A DNA stretch of 64,000 nt from Longimicrobiales bacterium. Lineage in GTDB: Bacteria; Gemmatimonadota; Gemmatimonadetes; Longimicrobiales; Gaopeijiaceae. The notes under the pieces were generated by a model. The model had not been told where the DNA came from. It did no database searches and saw nothing but the letters and a program-made list of their open reading frames with translations. Numbering within the stretch: the first letter of the stretch is position 1; each line of letters opens with the position of its first letter. The DNA lies in assembly GCA_965202805.1 (NCBI GenBank), contig OZ241869.1:3072001-3136000 (forward strand), given 5' to 3'. The translations under genes and the position numbers were made by a program. Shown here piece after piece: positions 20,676 through 30,754 of this stretch.

Positions 20676-21592
20676 CTGACCCTGGTAAGCCTCTGGCGTG
20701 CGGACAGATAGCTGAAGAGCGCGTAGTCGAGGGGCGTCCCCGTGTTGAAGAGCGCGTAGTCGATGCGGTGCTCGACGAAGCGTCGCGACAGCGTCTCGGT
20801 GTGGTCGCGGATGAGCTCGCGATACCCCTCCCGGAGGCGCCCGGGCACCACGGGGAGACGCGCCTCCGACTCCAGGTCCTGGAAGCTGGCCGGCTTCTCG
20901 AAGGGAAACTCGAGTTCGGCGGGATCCAGAAGATGGAAGACGATGACGTCGTGGCCGGCGTAGCGCAGGTCCTTGACGGCGTCCACCACCGCCCGGGGCT
21001 CCTCGTAGAAGTCCGAGATCACCACCATGATGCCCCGCCGCCCGATGCGGCCGGTGAGCTCGAAGAGCGGCTCGGCCAGGGTGCCGGCGCCGCCGGCTTC
21101 GATGCGGTCGATGGCGTGCAGCACGAGGTCCAGGTGGCCGGCCGCCGGCGGGATGTACTCCACGATCTCCCCGGCGATGGTGAGCAGTCCCACCCGGTCC
21201 CGCTGCTGCCTCGAGAAGTACGACAGGCACGCCGCCAGGTAGCGCCCGTAGTCCAGTTTCGAGATGCCGTCCTGCCGGAAGGTCATCGAGCGGGAGATGT
21301 CGAGGACGACCATGAAGTTGGCGTTCGAGTCCGCCTCGTAGTGCTTCAGGTAGAAGCGGTCGCTGCGCGCGTACAGGCGCCAGTCGATTCTGCGGATGTC
21401 GTCCCCGGGCATGTACTGCCGGTGCTCGGCGAAGTCGACCGAGAGCCCCAGGAAGGGCGCCCGGTGCAGCCCGCTGATGAAGCCGTCCACCACCGTGCGC
21501 GCCAGCAACTCGAGGTTGTGGATGCGCCCCAGGACCTTCGGGTCGATGAAGCCGGTCCCGGGACCGGACGGACGGACGGCGGTGCGCGCCAT
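20672..21592 (-). CDS. DUF58 (VWA-like) protein
   Basis: G.HR....G.SVDFAEHRQY.PGDDIRRIDWR..AR; DISRS; ISDF. Confidence 0.93.
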   Translation of the reverse strand: MARTAVRPSGPGTGFIDPKVLGRIHNLELLARTVVDGFISGLHRAPFLGLSVDFAEHRQYMPGDDIRRIDWRLYARSDRFYLKHYEADSNANFMVVLDISRSMTFRQDGISKLDYGRYLAACLSYFSRQQRDRVGLLTIAGEIVEYIPPAAGHLDLVLHAIDRIEAGGAGTLAEPLFELTGRIGRRGIMVVISDFYEEPRAVVDAVKDLRYAGHDVIVFHLLDPAELEFPFEKPASFQDLESEARLPVVPGRLREGYRELIRDHTETLSRRFVEHRIDYALFNTGTPLDYALFSYLSARQRLTRVR

Positions 21593-21593
21593 G

Positions 21594-22655
21594 CTACATC
21601 CCGGAGGAGGGCGTGGGGACCTGGGTGATCAGCTCCTCGATGATCTCGTCGGTGGTGATCCCTTCGGACTCCGCGTGGAAGTTGGTGAGCACGCGGTGCC
21701 GGAGCACCGGCTTCGAGAGGGCGCGGATGTCGTCGAAGCTGACGTGATAGCGTCCTCGCGTGAGCGCCCGCGCCTTGCCCGCCAGGATGAGGTTCTGGGC
21801 ACCCCGCACGCTCGCGCCGAAGGAGACCCACTTGCTGATCACTTCCGGGCTGGTGCCGTTCGGGCTGGGGCGGCTGGTCCGTCCGAGCTGCACGGCATAG
21901 CGCAGCACCGCTTCCGACACGGGAACCTTGCGCACCAGCTGCTGGAAGCGGATCAGATCCTCGCCGGTGACGGCGTGCGAGAACTCGATGTCCTGCAGCG
22001 ACGTCGTCTCGCGCACGACCTCCAGCTCATCGTCCTCCGGCAGGTGCTCCATGATGATGTGGAACATGAAGCGGTCGAGCTGGGCCTCCGGGAGCGGGTA
22101 GGTCCCCTCCAGCTCGATGGGGTTCTGGGTGGCGAAGACGAAGAAGGGCGGATCCAGGTCGTAGGTGCGCCCCTGAATGGTCACGCGGTGTTCCTGCATC
22201 GCCTCCAGCAGGGCCGACTGGGTCTTGGGAGGCGTCCGGTTGATCTCGTCCGCGAGCAGGATGTTGGTGAACACCGGGCCGGGGGCGAACACCATGGTGC
22301 GCCTCCCGGTCTTGGGGTCCTCCTGGATGATGTCGGTGCCGGTGATGTCCGAAGGCATCAGGTCGGGGGTGAACTGGATGCGCGCGAAGTTCAGGTCCAG
22401 CACCTGGGCCATGGTGTGCACAAGCAGCGTCTTCGCAAGCCCCGGCACCCCAACGATCAGGCTGTTGCCGCCCACGAACAGGGTGAGCAGGACCTGCTCG
22501 ATGACCTCGTCCTGGCCGATGATGACCTTGCGCAGTTCGCTGAGGATCTGGTCGCGGCCGGCGGTCATGCGCGCGGCCAGCGCCACGTCGTCGGCTTCCT
22601 GGAGGGAGGGAAGGGCGTCGGCGCCGCCCGCTGCGGGTCTGTTGATGAAGGCCAC
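21594..22655 (-). CDS. moxR: MoxR family AAA+ ATPase
   Basis: GVPGLAKT, RIQFTPDLMPSDITG, LLADEINRTPPKTQSALLEAM, ATQNPIE.EGTYPLPEAQLDRF. Confidence 0.96.
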   Translation of the reverse strand: MAFINRPAAGGADALPSLQEADDVALAARMTAGRDQILSELRKVIIGQDEVIEQVLLTLFVGGNSLIVGVPGLAKTLLVHTMAQVLDLNFARIQFTPDLMPSDITGTDIIQEDPKTGRRTMVFAPGPVFTNILLADEINRTPPKTQSALLEAMQEHRVTIQGRTYDLDPPFFVFATQNPIELEGTYPLPEAQLDRFMFHIIMEHLPEDDELEVVRETTSLQDIEFSHAVTGEDLIRFQQLVRKVPVSEAVLRYAVQLGRTSRPSPNGTSPEVISKWVSFGASVRGAQNLILAGKARALTRGRYHVSFDDIRALSKPVLRHRVLTNFHAESEGITTDEIIEELITQVPTPSSGM

Positions 22656-22709
22656 TCTGGTTTCTCCGGGAGTCCCCTTGACGGGGAAGGGATGGGGTGG
22701 GCGGGAGCT

Positions 22710-23627
22710 TCAGTGCGTCATCGCGTAGATGATGTAGTTGACACCGAACTTGTACGCTTCGTTGGTCAGGTCGATGGGGAGCCATCCGGAGTCGGAAAAC
22801 TCCCAGTAGTCCCCCAGGTCGTTGTTGAAGTTGGCGACCACCATCAGCCGCTTCGCGGGATCGTTGTCTTCGAAGATGCCCAGGTACCGCGGCCAGCCGC
22901 CCCTGTAGGGAGGTGCCAGGGCCAAGGGATCTGCGATTTCGAAGAACGAGTCGAAGACCGTCGGCAGGGGATCCAGGTCGGGGAGGTCGTAGAACATCCC
23001 CTCGGGAAGCACCCGCAGCATCTGAGCCTCGAAGTTGGCCCAGTCGCGCGGGCCGCCGAAGTCGTCGAAGATCACGAAGCCGCCCTTCAGCAGATAGTTC
23101 CTGAGCCCTTCCTCCTCGGCCTCGTCCATCCACCAGTAGCCGGGCTCGGACACGTAGGCCAGCGGGTAGCTGTGGAGCTCCGGGTCGTCGAAGGTGAGGA
23201 TGTTGCTGCCGCCCTCGTAGGTGTTCAGCAGGGTCGTGGCGGTCAGGATCCTGGCCAGGTTGCGCTCGGCCCTCGGATAGTCGTGCGCCCAGGGCGGCTG
23301 GCCCCACCGGCGGCCGCCCGGCAGGAAGCTGCGGGGGGTGCCCCGCCCGCCGGACACGTCGGTGCGGATGCGCACGAAGGTGAAGCGGCCGTCGTAGGGG
23401 ATGTTGGCTTCCTGGAGGGGGGCTGACGGCGCGCCCGTGGCGGCCCTGCGGGCGCCGGTCGACGTCAGCGCGTCTGCCGGCGCGGCCGGCGGGTCCACAC
23501 GCTCTGCGGGCGCATCAGGCCCCGCCCCTCTGGCGTTTGCGGCCCACCCCGCCGGCCCGGCAGCCGCGAGCATGCACAGGGCGGCGGCCGCAACCCCCGC
23601 GATGCCGGCGAGCGAGCGCGTCACCAT
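22710..23627 (-). CDS. DUF4159 domain secreted protein
   Basis: Signal peptide; W.HDYP, LRNYLLKGGF..FDDF, NNDLGDYWE, GVNYIIYAMTH. Confidence 0.88.
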   Translation of the reverse strand: MVTRSLAGIAGVAAAALCMLAAAGPAGWAANARGAGPDAPAERVDPPAAPADALTSTGARRAATGAPSAPLQEANIPYDGRFTFVRIRTDVSGGRGTPRSFLPGGRRWGQPPWAHDYPRAERNLARILTATTLLNTYEGGSNILTFDDPELHSYPLAYVSEPGYWWMDEAEEEGLRNYLLKGGFVIFDDFGGPRDWANFEAQMLRVLPEGMFYDLPDLDPLPTVFDSFFEIADPLALAPPYRGGWPRYLGIFEDNDPAKRLMVVANFNNDLGDYWEFSDSGWLPIDLTNEAYKFGVNYIIYAMTH

Positions 23628-26347
23628 GGCTGTGGCTCCGGACTCCCGCGCAGGGTCATCAGCAGGTCCTGGGCGGCCTCGAAGTTGGGTGCCCGCTCCA
23701 GCGCGCGCAGCACCGTGCGGCGGGCGCGGGCGGTGTCGCCGGCCCGGTGGTGTGCCAGGGCGAGCCGGTAGAGGGCGCCGGCCATGTCCACGGGATCCAG
23801 CGCCACCAGGGCTTCCCGGGCGCGCACGGCCACGGGGTGGAGAGCGCGGTCGGTGGCCAGTTCGGCCAGCCGCTGGTGGGTTTCCTCGTCGAAGGGGTAG
23901 ATGTGCACGGCCCGTTGCAGAGCCTCGATGGCTCCCGTCCCGTCCCCGGCCGCCTCCCTCAGGTGTGATTCCTCGAGATTCGCGTCAAGCAGGGATTCGT
24001 GGATGCCGGTGAGGGTCTCGATCTGGCGAAGGGCACGCGCGCTGTCCCCTCTCTGGAGGAAGATGCGCGCGAGCAGCCAGCCGGGGCTCGCCGGTCCCGC
24101 GTATTCCGGGAACAGGTCGCGTGCACGCTCCAGATACTCCTCGGCCTCGTCCAGCCTGTCCTCATCGAAGAGTTGAGCCCCCCGTGCCATCTGCGCCATG
24201 AAGTTGTCGGGATGGGCCTCCGCCAGCCGGGCCGTCCGATCGGGGGCGCGGGATCCTCGTTCGCCCAGCGCGGGCAGCGGCTCGGTGGCCGCAAGCGCGC
24301 CGGCGAAACGTTCTTCGAAGTAGTTCGTGAACGTCCGGTCGAAGCGCTGCACCTCCGTGCCGAGCACCCGTTCGAACACCTCCTCGGTGGTGGCGCCCGC
24401 CCCGTATTCGCGGAGCATCGCCACCAGCGCTTCCGGCCCGTGGTCGCGTGCGATCAGCTCGCACACGAGAGATGCCTGGTAGTAGGAGTGGACCACCTGG
24501 TCCCCATAGCTCGGGCGCACGAAGCCGTTGTTGAGTTGGCTGACCGGCAGGACGCGGTCCTGGTGCCAGGCGATGATGAACCCCGGGTTCATGTCGTGCC
24601 CCCAAGAGGGCGCGCCGCGCCGTTGCTCGTAGACCGCGAACCCCTCCGCGAACCAGCGCGGCACGCGGTGGTTGGAGAGCGCGAGATGGAAGACGTGGGC
24701 GATCTCGTGCCAGAGGGTCGAGGCCCAGTTGAACTCGCCCCGGTCGCGCGCGGAGGGGGAGTCCATCGCCACCACCGAGCCGAAGCTCACCCCCAGCGCC
24801 CCGAGTCCGGCGAGCCCGACCGTGCGCACCGAGAAGTCCGCATGGCTGGGGAAGAGCTCGAGCCGGATCGGGACGGGCGGTTCGTATTGGTAGCGCTCGG
24901 CCAGGGCCCGGTAGGTCTCCTCGGCCAACTCGGCCACTTCCGGGGCGAGCAGTTCCGCTTCCCGCCCATCGATGGCGATGAGGAAGTGCTCGGTCTCGGT
25001 GATGCGGTAGCGCTCGAAGGTGTCCAGCAGATCGAGGGTGTTCTTGTACCACGGGTTGAAGGGATCTCCCTCGAAGGCCCGCTCGAGTGCCGCCTGACCC
25101 TCTTCGATCGCGCCTACCCGCAGCTGGTTGATGCCCAGGATGCCGCGCGCCTTCCACGAATAGGGATCGAGTTCCACCGCCTCGGCGGCGAGTGCGACCG
25201 CGTCCGCGTAGCGGCGGGTCTGCACGGCCATGTCGGCCACGGTGGTCAGGAGACCCGGGTAGTTGGGGTTCAGCTCGCGCACCTGCTCCCGCACTGCGTC
25301 GAAGTCATCGTTCCGGTCGCGCAGGAACCAGGTCGCCGCCAGCACGGAGAGCGCCTCCAGCGACGAGGGGTTCACTTCGAGTGCGGCGCGCGCCTCCTCC
25401 TCGGCCGCCGGGTAGTCCTCCAGGCGCAGGTGCAGGCGCGCCAGCAGAGTTCGGGCCGGGACCAGGTTGGGGTTGATTTCGAGGGCGCTGCGCGCCGTTC
25501 CCATGGCCTCGGGCGAACCGTCGAATTCGAGCGCCAGCGCCATCCCCAGAATCGCCTGCGGATGCCGCGGGTTGCGGGCGAGCACCTGCTGGTACGATTC
25601 GCGCGCGTCGGGGCTCCGGTAGGCGTCGAGGAAGAGCTGCCCCGTGCGCAGATGCGGTTGGGGATTGGACGGGTCCGCGGCCACGGCCTCGTCGAAGGCT
25701 CGAAGCGCGTCCTGCAGCAGCTGCGACTCCTCCGCCCCCAGGTGGCGCACGGCGATGCCCACCGCGGTGAGCTCGGCCGACGACAGGGAGGTGGTCCGGT
25801 TGTAGAAGTCGATGAAGCCGTCGAAGGCGCGCATGGCCTCGTCCCGCCGGCCGGTAAGCAGCTGCAGCTCGGCGAGGCTCACGCGGGCGCTGACCTCGTC
25901 GTCGGCGCCCCCCGCCATCGCCGCGCGGAAACTCGCCTCCGCTTCCCGGTAGCGCCCCCGTGCCATCAGCACTTCGCCGAGCACGTTCTCGAGCGCGGCT
26001 CCGTGACGTTCGCGGCCGTCGCGGGCAGCTTCCTCGGCTTCCTGGTAGCGTCCCACCTCGGCGAGGCCGCGGGCCAGCGCGCGATGGACGGCCACGCTGG
26101 CGTCGCGGCCACGTGCGAGACGCCGCAACTGGCCGATGGCGTCGTCGTACTCTCCGCTTGCCAGGGCGGCCAGCGCGGCTTCCGCGGTCTGCGCGACCAG
26201 CGGCGCCGGCGCCGGAAAAGCGACGGAGGGCGCAAGCAGAACGGCGGCGCAAAGCGCGACGAACCCGCGGCCCCCGGCCCGCTGCACGCCTCTGACGGGG
26301 CGTCGACCGGCACTCGCCGCCGCCCGCGGGCGGAGCACAACCCTCAC
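23621..26347 (-). CDS. TPR-repeat protein with gluzincin (peptidase MA-like) domain
   Basis: Signal peptide; many TPR-like repeats; WHEIAH...VPRWFAEG zinc motif. Confidence 0.85.
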   Translation of the reverse strand: MRVVLRPRAAASAGRRPVRGVQRAGGRGFVALCAAVLLAPSVAFPAPAPLVAQTAEAALAALASGEYDDAIGQLRRLARGRDASVAVHRALARGLAEVGRYQEAEEAARDGRERHGAALENVLGEVLMARGRYREAEASFRAAMAGGADDEVSARVSLAELQLLTGRRDEAMRAFDGFIDFYNRTTSLSSAELTAVGIAVRHLGAEESQLLQDALRAFDEAVAADPSNPQPHLRTGQLFLDAYRSPDARESYQQVLARNPRHPQAILGMALALEFDGSPEAMGTARSALEINPNLVPARTLLARLHLRLEDYPAAEEEARAALEVNPSSLEALSVLAATWFLRDRNDDFDAVREQVRELNPNYPGLLTTVADMAVQTRRYADAVALAAEAVELDPYSWKARGILGINQLRVGAIEEGQAALERAFEGDPFNPWYKNTLDLLDTFERYRITETEHFLIAIDGREAELLAPEVAELAEETYRALAERYQYEPPVPIRLELFPSHADFSVRTVGLAGLGALGVSFGSVVAMDSPSARDRGEFNWASTLWHEIAHVFHLALSNHRVPRWFAEGFAVYEQRRGAPSWGHDMNPGFIIAWHQDRVLPVSQLNNGFVRPSYGDQVVHSYYQASLVCELIARDHGPEALVAMLREYGAGATTEEVFERVLGTEVQRFDRTFTNYFEERFAGALAATEPLPALGERGSRAPDRTARLAEAHPDNFMAQMARGAQLFDEDRLDEAEEYLERARDLFPEYAGPASPGWLLARIFLQRGDSARALRQIETLTGIHESLLDANLEESHLREAAGDGTGAIEALQRAVHIYPFDEETHQRLAELATDRALHPVAVRAREALVALDPVDMAGALYRLALAHHRAGDTARARRTVLRALERAPNFEAAQDLLMTLRGSPEPQPW

Positions 26348-27375
26348 CGTCCGCCTCCCCCTTCTCTCTCCCGGATCGCCCGCGTGGTCAGCGTCAACTC
26401 CACCAGCAGCCCCTCCAGTTCCGCCTCGTACTGCTCCGCATCCATGGTGTCCTTCAGCGCGGTGAGCGCGGCGATCTGCTCCTCGAGTTCCTGACGCTGC
26501 CGGTAGAGCGCTGCAAGCTCGGGGTCGGCCGCGATCTCCGCGTCCGTTACGCGCCCGCCACCCCGGGAGAGGAACACCGTGCGCGCCAGCGCACCGTCCA
26601 GATCGTCTTCCCCCTCGAAGTCACTGCCTTCACCGTCCCCGTTGTCGTCGAGCAGGGCGTGCTCGGTGGCGAGCAGTCCCTCTTCCTCGAAGCTGCGCTC
26701 GACCTCCCTGCGGGCGTAGGCGAAGGCCTCGAGCACCGACACCCGCTCGTCCTTGTCGGTATCGGCCACCTCGCCCGCGAAGGCGTCGGCGAAGAACCCG
26801 GCGAAGCGCGTGGCGTTGCCCTCCCGGGGAGAGCGGGTCGCCGTGATCACCGTCCGGTTCGGACCGGATATCTCCGCTATGAAGGCGCCCGACGCGCTGG
26901 CCGTGTTGACGAACACGACGTTTCGGGTCCCGAACCGCTCCACCAGAAAGGCGAAGTCGGTGGCGCTGAGATCCCTCCCGGGCACGTTGAAGCGAGAGTC
27001 GCCTCCGCGGGAAGTGCCGTGCCCGATCAGCACGATCATGACGGCGTCGTCCGGACCCGCCCGCTCGCTCAGCTCCCCGAGGGCGGCCTCGATGTTCTCC
27101 CGCCGTGACGGCCCGTCGATGAGCGGATCCATCTCGGGCCGCTCGGCCAGCCAGACCACGTCCGCCGGATCGAGCCCGTGCCTGTCGACCGCCGCCCGCA
27201 CCACCGTGAGCCCCCACTGGTGGAAGCGCTCCCGGTATTCCGCGGCCCCGCTCGCCCCGCTCACCACGACGAGGTGCGTCTGCTGGGCGGTCGTTTCCGC
27301 GGCCAAGGCCACCCACGCCAGCCCCACGGCGACACCGGCCCGCGCCCATCGCGCGCGCCCGGGCAGACCTCTCAC
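26344..27375 (-). CDS. Secreted caspase/C13-fold-like protein with C-terminal coiled coil
   Basis: GTGA overlap start; LIGHG; VNTASAS; ADTDKDERVS.LEAF; EHALLDDNGDG. Confidence 0.7.
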   Translation of the reverse strand: MRGLPGRARWARAGVAVGLAWVALAAETTAQQTHLVVVSGASGAAEYRERFHQWGLTVVRAAVDRHGLDPADVVWLAERPEMDPLIDGPSRRENIEAALGELSERAGPDDAVMIVLIGHGTSRGGDSRFNVPGRDLSATDFAFLVERFGTRNVVFVNTASASGAFIAEISGPNRTVITATRSPREGNATRFAGFFADAFAGEVADTDKDERVSVLEAFAYARREVERSFEEEGLLATEHALLDDNGDGEGSDFEGEDDLDGALARTVFLSRGGGRVTDAEIAADPELAALYRQRQELEEQIAALTALKDTMDAEQYEAELEGLLVELTLTTRAIREREGGGGR

Positions 27376-29657
27376 ACCAGCCCCCGCACCCGGCGATATC
27401 CCCATTCGCCCAGGATGAGCACGAGCAGGAGGAGCAGCAGGATCGGCATGTCCCACAGGTCCATCTCTTCCACCAGGGTGACGCCGGCGCCGGTCACGCG
27501 CATGTCCTCCGGGAGCGTCGCGACCGTTTCCGGTGTGTAGGAAATCCCCCCGGTCTCGTTGGCGATGCGCTCGAGCAGCGGGGCGCGCGCGCCCGCGTCG
27601 AAGTACTCGCTCCGCTGAGGCGCCACCTGGAAGTACGCTTCGTCGACGCCGATCAGATCGTCGCCGTCGTAGGCGCGCACGGTCAGCGTGTGCAGCCCTT
27701 CCTCGGAAGGGGTGAAGTCGGCTTCGTACTCCCCGGCGTTGCTGTCCACCGCCCAGTCCATCCCCAGCTCGACCTCCTCGCCCAGCGGGGTGGTCACCGT
27801 GGCCTCCACGACGCTGTTGCTCATGCCCAGGTAGCTGGAGTCGTTCACGATCGCCGTGAGCGCCACGCTCTCTCCCGGCTCCACCCGGTCCCGCGGCACC
27901 TGGCCCGTCACCTGGTCCGGCACTCCGTCCACCAGCCAGCGCAGCATCTGCCGCCAGAAGGTCTCGTGGGTGTCGTCCTCGAGCGGAAGCTGCATCTGCC
28001 AGATCCAGGTGTCCTGGACGGCCAGGCTCAGGCTCTTGCCCGCGCCGTACCGCTGGAAGGCGAGCGCGACATGCTCCTCCGGCAGATCCTCCGCGATGCC
28101 CCGGAGCAGAGGCGTGGCGCCCGGCTTCACGCGGTGCAGCGGATTGTAGGTCAGGAGGACGGGCAGCTCCGACCAGCGCGCCCCGGATTCCTCCTCGGTG
28201 CCGGCCAGCTGAAGCGCGGGGACGCCGAGCCCCGCCTGGGTGGGCTCGATCCGGACGCGCGCGTAGTAGCCGTCGGGACGCGCGTCCGCGTCGGAGAAGA
28301 CCACCGGCAGCACATCCGCGACCGGCGTGCCCGCGTAGCCGCCCCGGGCGAAGGAGTTGCGTCCGCCCAGCGCGAGCAGGCTGCCCCCGCGCTTGTCCAC
28401 GAAGTCGGCGATCATCTGCAATTGGTCGCCGGTGAAGAAGCTCGCCTCCACCGTCCCCAGCACCAGGCTCCGGTAGGCGTACAGCTCCGCCCGCGTGTCG
28501 GGGAACCCGCCCTGCAGCTCTTCCCCGTCGTCGACGTTCAGACGCAGGAACTTGTTCTCGGCGGTGCGCTGCAGCACCACCAGCTGCAGGTTGTCGTCGT
28601 CCGCCACGGCCCGCCCCAGGAACCCCACTTCGTAGCGCGGCTCCCCCTCGAAGTAGAGGATCTTCTCGCGCCGGTCCTCGACGCTCACCAGCGCGGTCTG
28701 GCTGTTGTTCTGCGTGACCTGCTCGTCCACCGCCACGGGAATGCGGAAGGTGTACGCGCGCGCGCCCGGCGTGGATGCCGTGAAGCGAACCGGTACCGTG
28801 ACCGGCTGCCCTTCATCGGGCAGCTCGACCTCCTCGGTGCTGACGATCTGCCCCTCGTCCTCCACGATCAGAGAGACGGTCTCACCCTCGTACCCCGTAT
28901 GGGTGACGACCACGTCGACCACCACCGACGATCCGGTGAGCACCGTTCTGGGCGGGTCGGCGCGGCTGACCTGGATGTCCCGCTCGAAGGTCTCTTCGCC
29001 CACGCCCACCGTGTATACCGGAATCCCCTGCGCCTGCAGAGGCATCAGCGCGTCGGTCAGTTCCTCGCCCGAGTTGTCGGCCCCGTCCGTGACCAGGACC
29101 AGGCCCGAGAGCGGCACCGAGGCCAGTTCGGAGCGGGCGCGCTCGAGCGCGGGTCCGAGGCGTGTGCGGCTTCCCATGAAGCTCATCTCGGAGAAGTCCT
29201 CGATCCGTTCCGTCCGCGAGGAGAAACGGAAGTAGCGCACCGCGAAGCGGTCGGACAGGGCCGCGAGCACCGGGGAATCCGGCGTGCCGAAGGTCTCCTG
29301 CAGGAAGGCGCCGCGGGACCGGTCCTCGTAGTCCTGGATCTCCATGCTGCGGGAGTCGTCCAGGAGCACGCCCACGAAGTTCTGCTGCGGCACCACGGTC
29401 GAGACCACTAGGGCCGGGCGCAGCAGGCAGAAGGCGAGCACCGCCAGCCCCGCGAATCGGAGCCCGCCCAGCACCAGCCGGTCCAGCGGCCGGGTCTTGC
29501 CGCGCACGCCCAGGTAGGTCAGGAGCGCGAACAGGCCGATGAGGCTTGCGACGACGGCGCCGGTTGCCACCGCGCCCGCCACGCCCAGGGAAAAGTCGCC
29601 CTCCTGGAAGACGACCGGGCGATACTTGAAGAGGAACTCGAAGAGGCTGGTAAGCAC
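27372..29657 (-). CDS. VWA + GATase1-like (DUF1355-like) membrane protein
   Basis: DDSRSM MIDAS; LVTDG; ILYFEGEPRYE; GGYAGTPVADVLPV; FWRQMLRWL; C-terminal TM EWGYRR. Confidence 0.85.
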   Translation of the reverse strand: MLTSLFEFLFKYRPVVFQEGDFSLGVAGAVATGAVVASLIGLFALLTYLGVRGKTRPLDRLVLGGLRFAGLAVLAFCLLRPALVVSTVVPQQNFVGVLLDDSRSMEIQDYEDRSRGAFLQETFGTPDSPVLAALSDRFAVRYFRFSSRTERIEDFSEMSFMGSRTRLGPALERARSELASVPLSGLVLVTDGADNSGEELTDALMPLQAQGIPVYTVGVGEETFERDIQVSRADPPRTVLTGSSVVVDVVVTHTGYEGETVSLIVEDEGQIVSTEEVELPDEGQPVTVPVRFTASTPGARAYTFRIPVAVDEQVTQNNSQTALVSVEDRREKILYFEGEPRYEVGFLGRAVADDDNLQLVVLQRTAENKFLRLNVDDGEELQGGFPDTRAELYAYRSLVLGTVEASFFTGDQLQMIADFVDKRGGSLLALGGRNSFARGGYAGTPVADVLPVVFSDADARPDGYYARVRIEPTQAGLGVPALQLAGTEEESGARWSELPVLLTYNPLHRVKPGATPLLRGIAEDLPEEHVALAFQRYGAGKSLSLAVQDTWIWQMQLPLEDDTHETFWRQMLRWLVDGVPDQVTGQVPRDRVEPGESVALTAIVNDSSYLGMSNSVVEATVTTPLGEEVELGMDWAVDSNAGEYEADFTPSEEGLHTLTVRAYDGDDLIGVDEAYFQVAPQRSEYFDAGARAPLLERIANETGGISYTPETVATLPEDMRVTGAGVTLVEEMDLWDMPILLLLLLVLILGEWGYRRVRGLV

Positions 29658-29670
29658 GTCCGGGGCCCGG

Positions 29671-30531
29671 TCAGTGGCTCATCGCGTAGATGATGAAGTT
29701 GACGCCCATCTGGATGGCGTAGGTCGAGTACCTGAGCGGATAGTAGGGGTCTTCCGCCCACTCCCAGGCATCCCCCAGATCGGTGTTCCAGTTGATGATC
29801 ACCATCAGCCGGCCCTCTTCGTCGAAGATGCCCTTCACGAAGGGTGTGTAACCGTCCCGCTCGTGGGTGGCCCAGCCCCTCCTGCCGTTGTTCACGTTCG
29901 GCACCTGGATGATCTCGTCGATGTCGTAGAATGTGTGGAAGATCTCGTGCTCGAGCGGGATGTCGACGATTGGGTATTCGGGAAGGACCTTCTGCATCTC
30001 GTACTCGAAGATCTCCCACTCGTACGTGCCCCAGAAGTCGTCCACCACCAGGAAGCCGCCCCGCAGGAGGTATTCCCGGAGGGCGGCGGCTTCCTCCGGG
30101 GTCATCGACATGCCCCCGACCTCCAGAGCGTACAGGAAGGGGAAGCGGTTGAGGTCCTCGTCGGTCAGGGTCCGGGGATGTTCCTCCATGAACATGTCCA
30201 GCCCGGTGAGTCGCTCCGCCACGATCAGGAACTGCCGGTCCGACTTGGGATAGTCCGTTGCCCAGGACTGCCGCCGCCAGCGCCGGAAGCCCCCGCCTCC
30301 GCTGCTGTACGCCGCGCGGGTGAAGTAGAACTCGTGCGCGGGCAGGGGTCGTCCCTGCTGCGTCTCGTCAATCCCCGCCCCGGCGGCGATTCCAGCCTCT
30401 CCGGCGATCGCGTCGGGCTGATGGCCGGCCGCGATCGCGGTGGCCGAAATGCCTGCCACGCCCAGCGCGACGCCGGCGATCCCCCGTCTCCACCCCCCTC
30501 CCGTCTGCTGCAAGCGTCGCTCCCGACTCAC
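29671..30531 (-). CDS. DUF4159 domain secreted protein (paralog)
   Basis: WATDYP, LREYLLRGGFL.VDDF, NTDLGDAWE, GVNFIIYAMSH. Confidence 0.88.
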   Translation of the reverse strand: MSRERRLQQTGGGWRRGIAGVALGVAGISATAIAAGHQPDAIAGEAGIAAGAGIDETQQGRPLPAHEFYFTRAAYSSGGGGFRRWRRQSWATDYPKSDRQFLIVAERLTGLDMFMEEHPRTLTDEDLNRFPFLYALEVGGMSMTPEEAAALREYLLRGGFLVVDDFWGTYEWEIFEYEMQKVLPEYPIVDIPLEHEIFHTFYDIDEIIQVPNVNNGRRGWATHERDGYTPFVKGIFDEEGRLMVIINWNTDLGDAWEWAEDPYYPLRYSTYAIQMGVNFIIYAMSH

Positions 30532-30646
30532 GTGACACCCCAGGTTTGAGAGCTGCCGTCACACCCTGCGGCGGCGCATGCGCGGAACGCTCGTATCGCT
30601 CCATGCGGCGAAAGGTTCCTGAATGCGACCCGCCGCGACGGGTCGC

Positions 30647-30676
30647 TTGATCGAGATGGCCGGAGTCGCCTAGAAT
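30647..30676 (+). promoter_or_regulatory. Putative sigma-70 promoter
   Basis: TTGATC-N18-TAGAAT in a divergent intergenic region. Confidence 0.4.
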
Positions 30677-30754
30677 GCTGCTCCCGGGCCTGGTCCGGGC
30701 CACCGTCGAACATCGCGCCGCCGTTTAGCGCATTCTGCGTGCAGGAGGGGGGTC

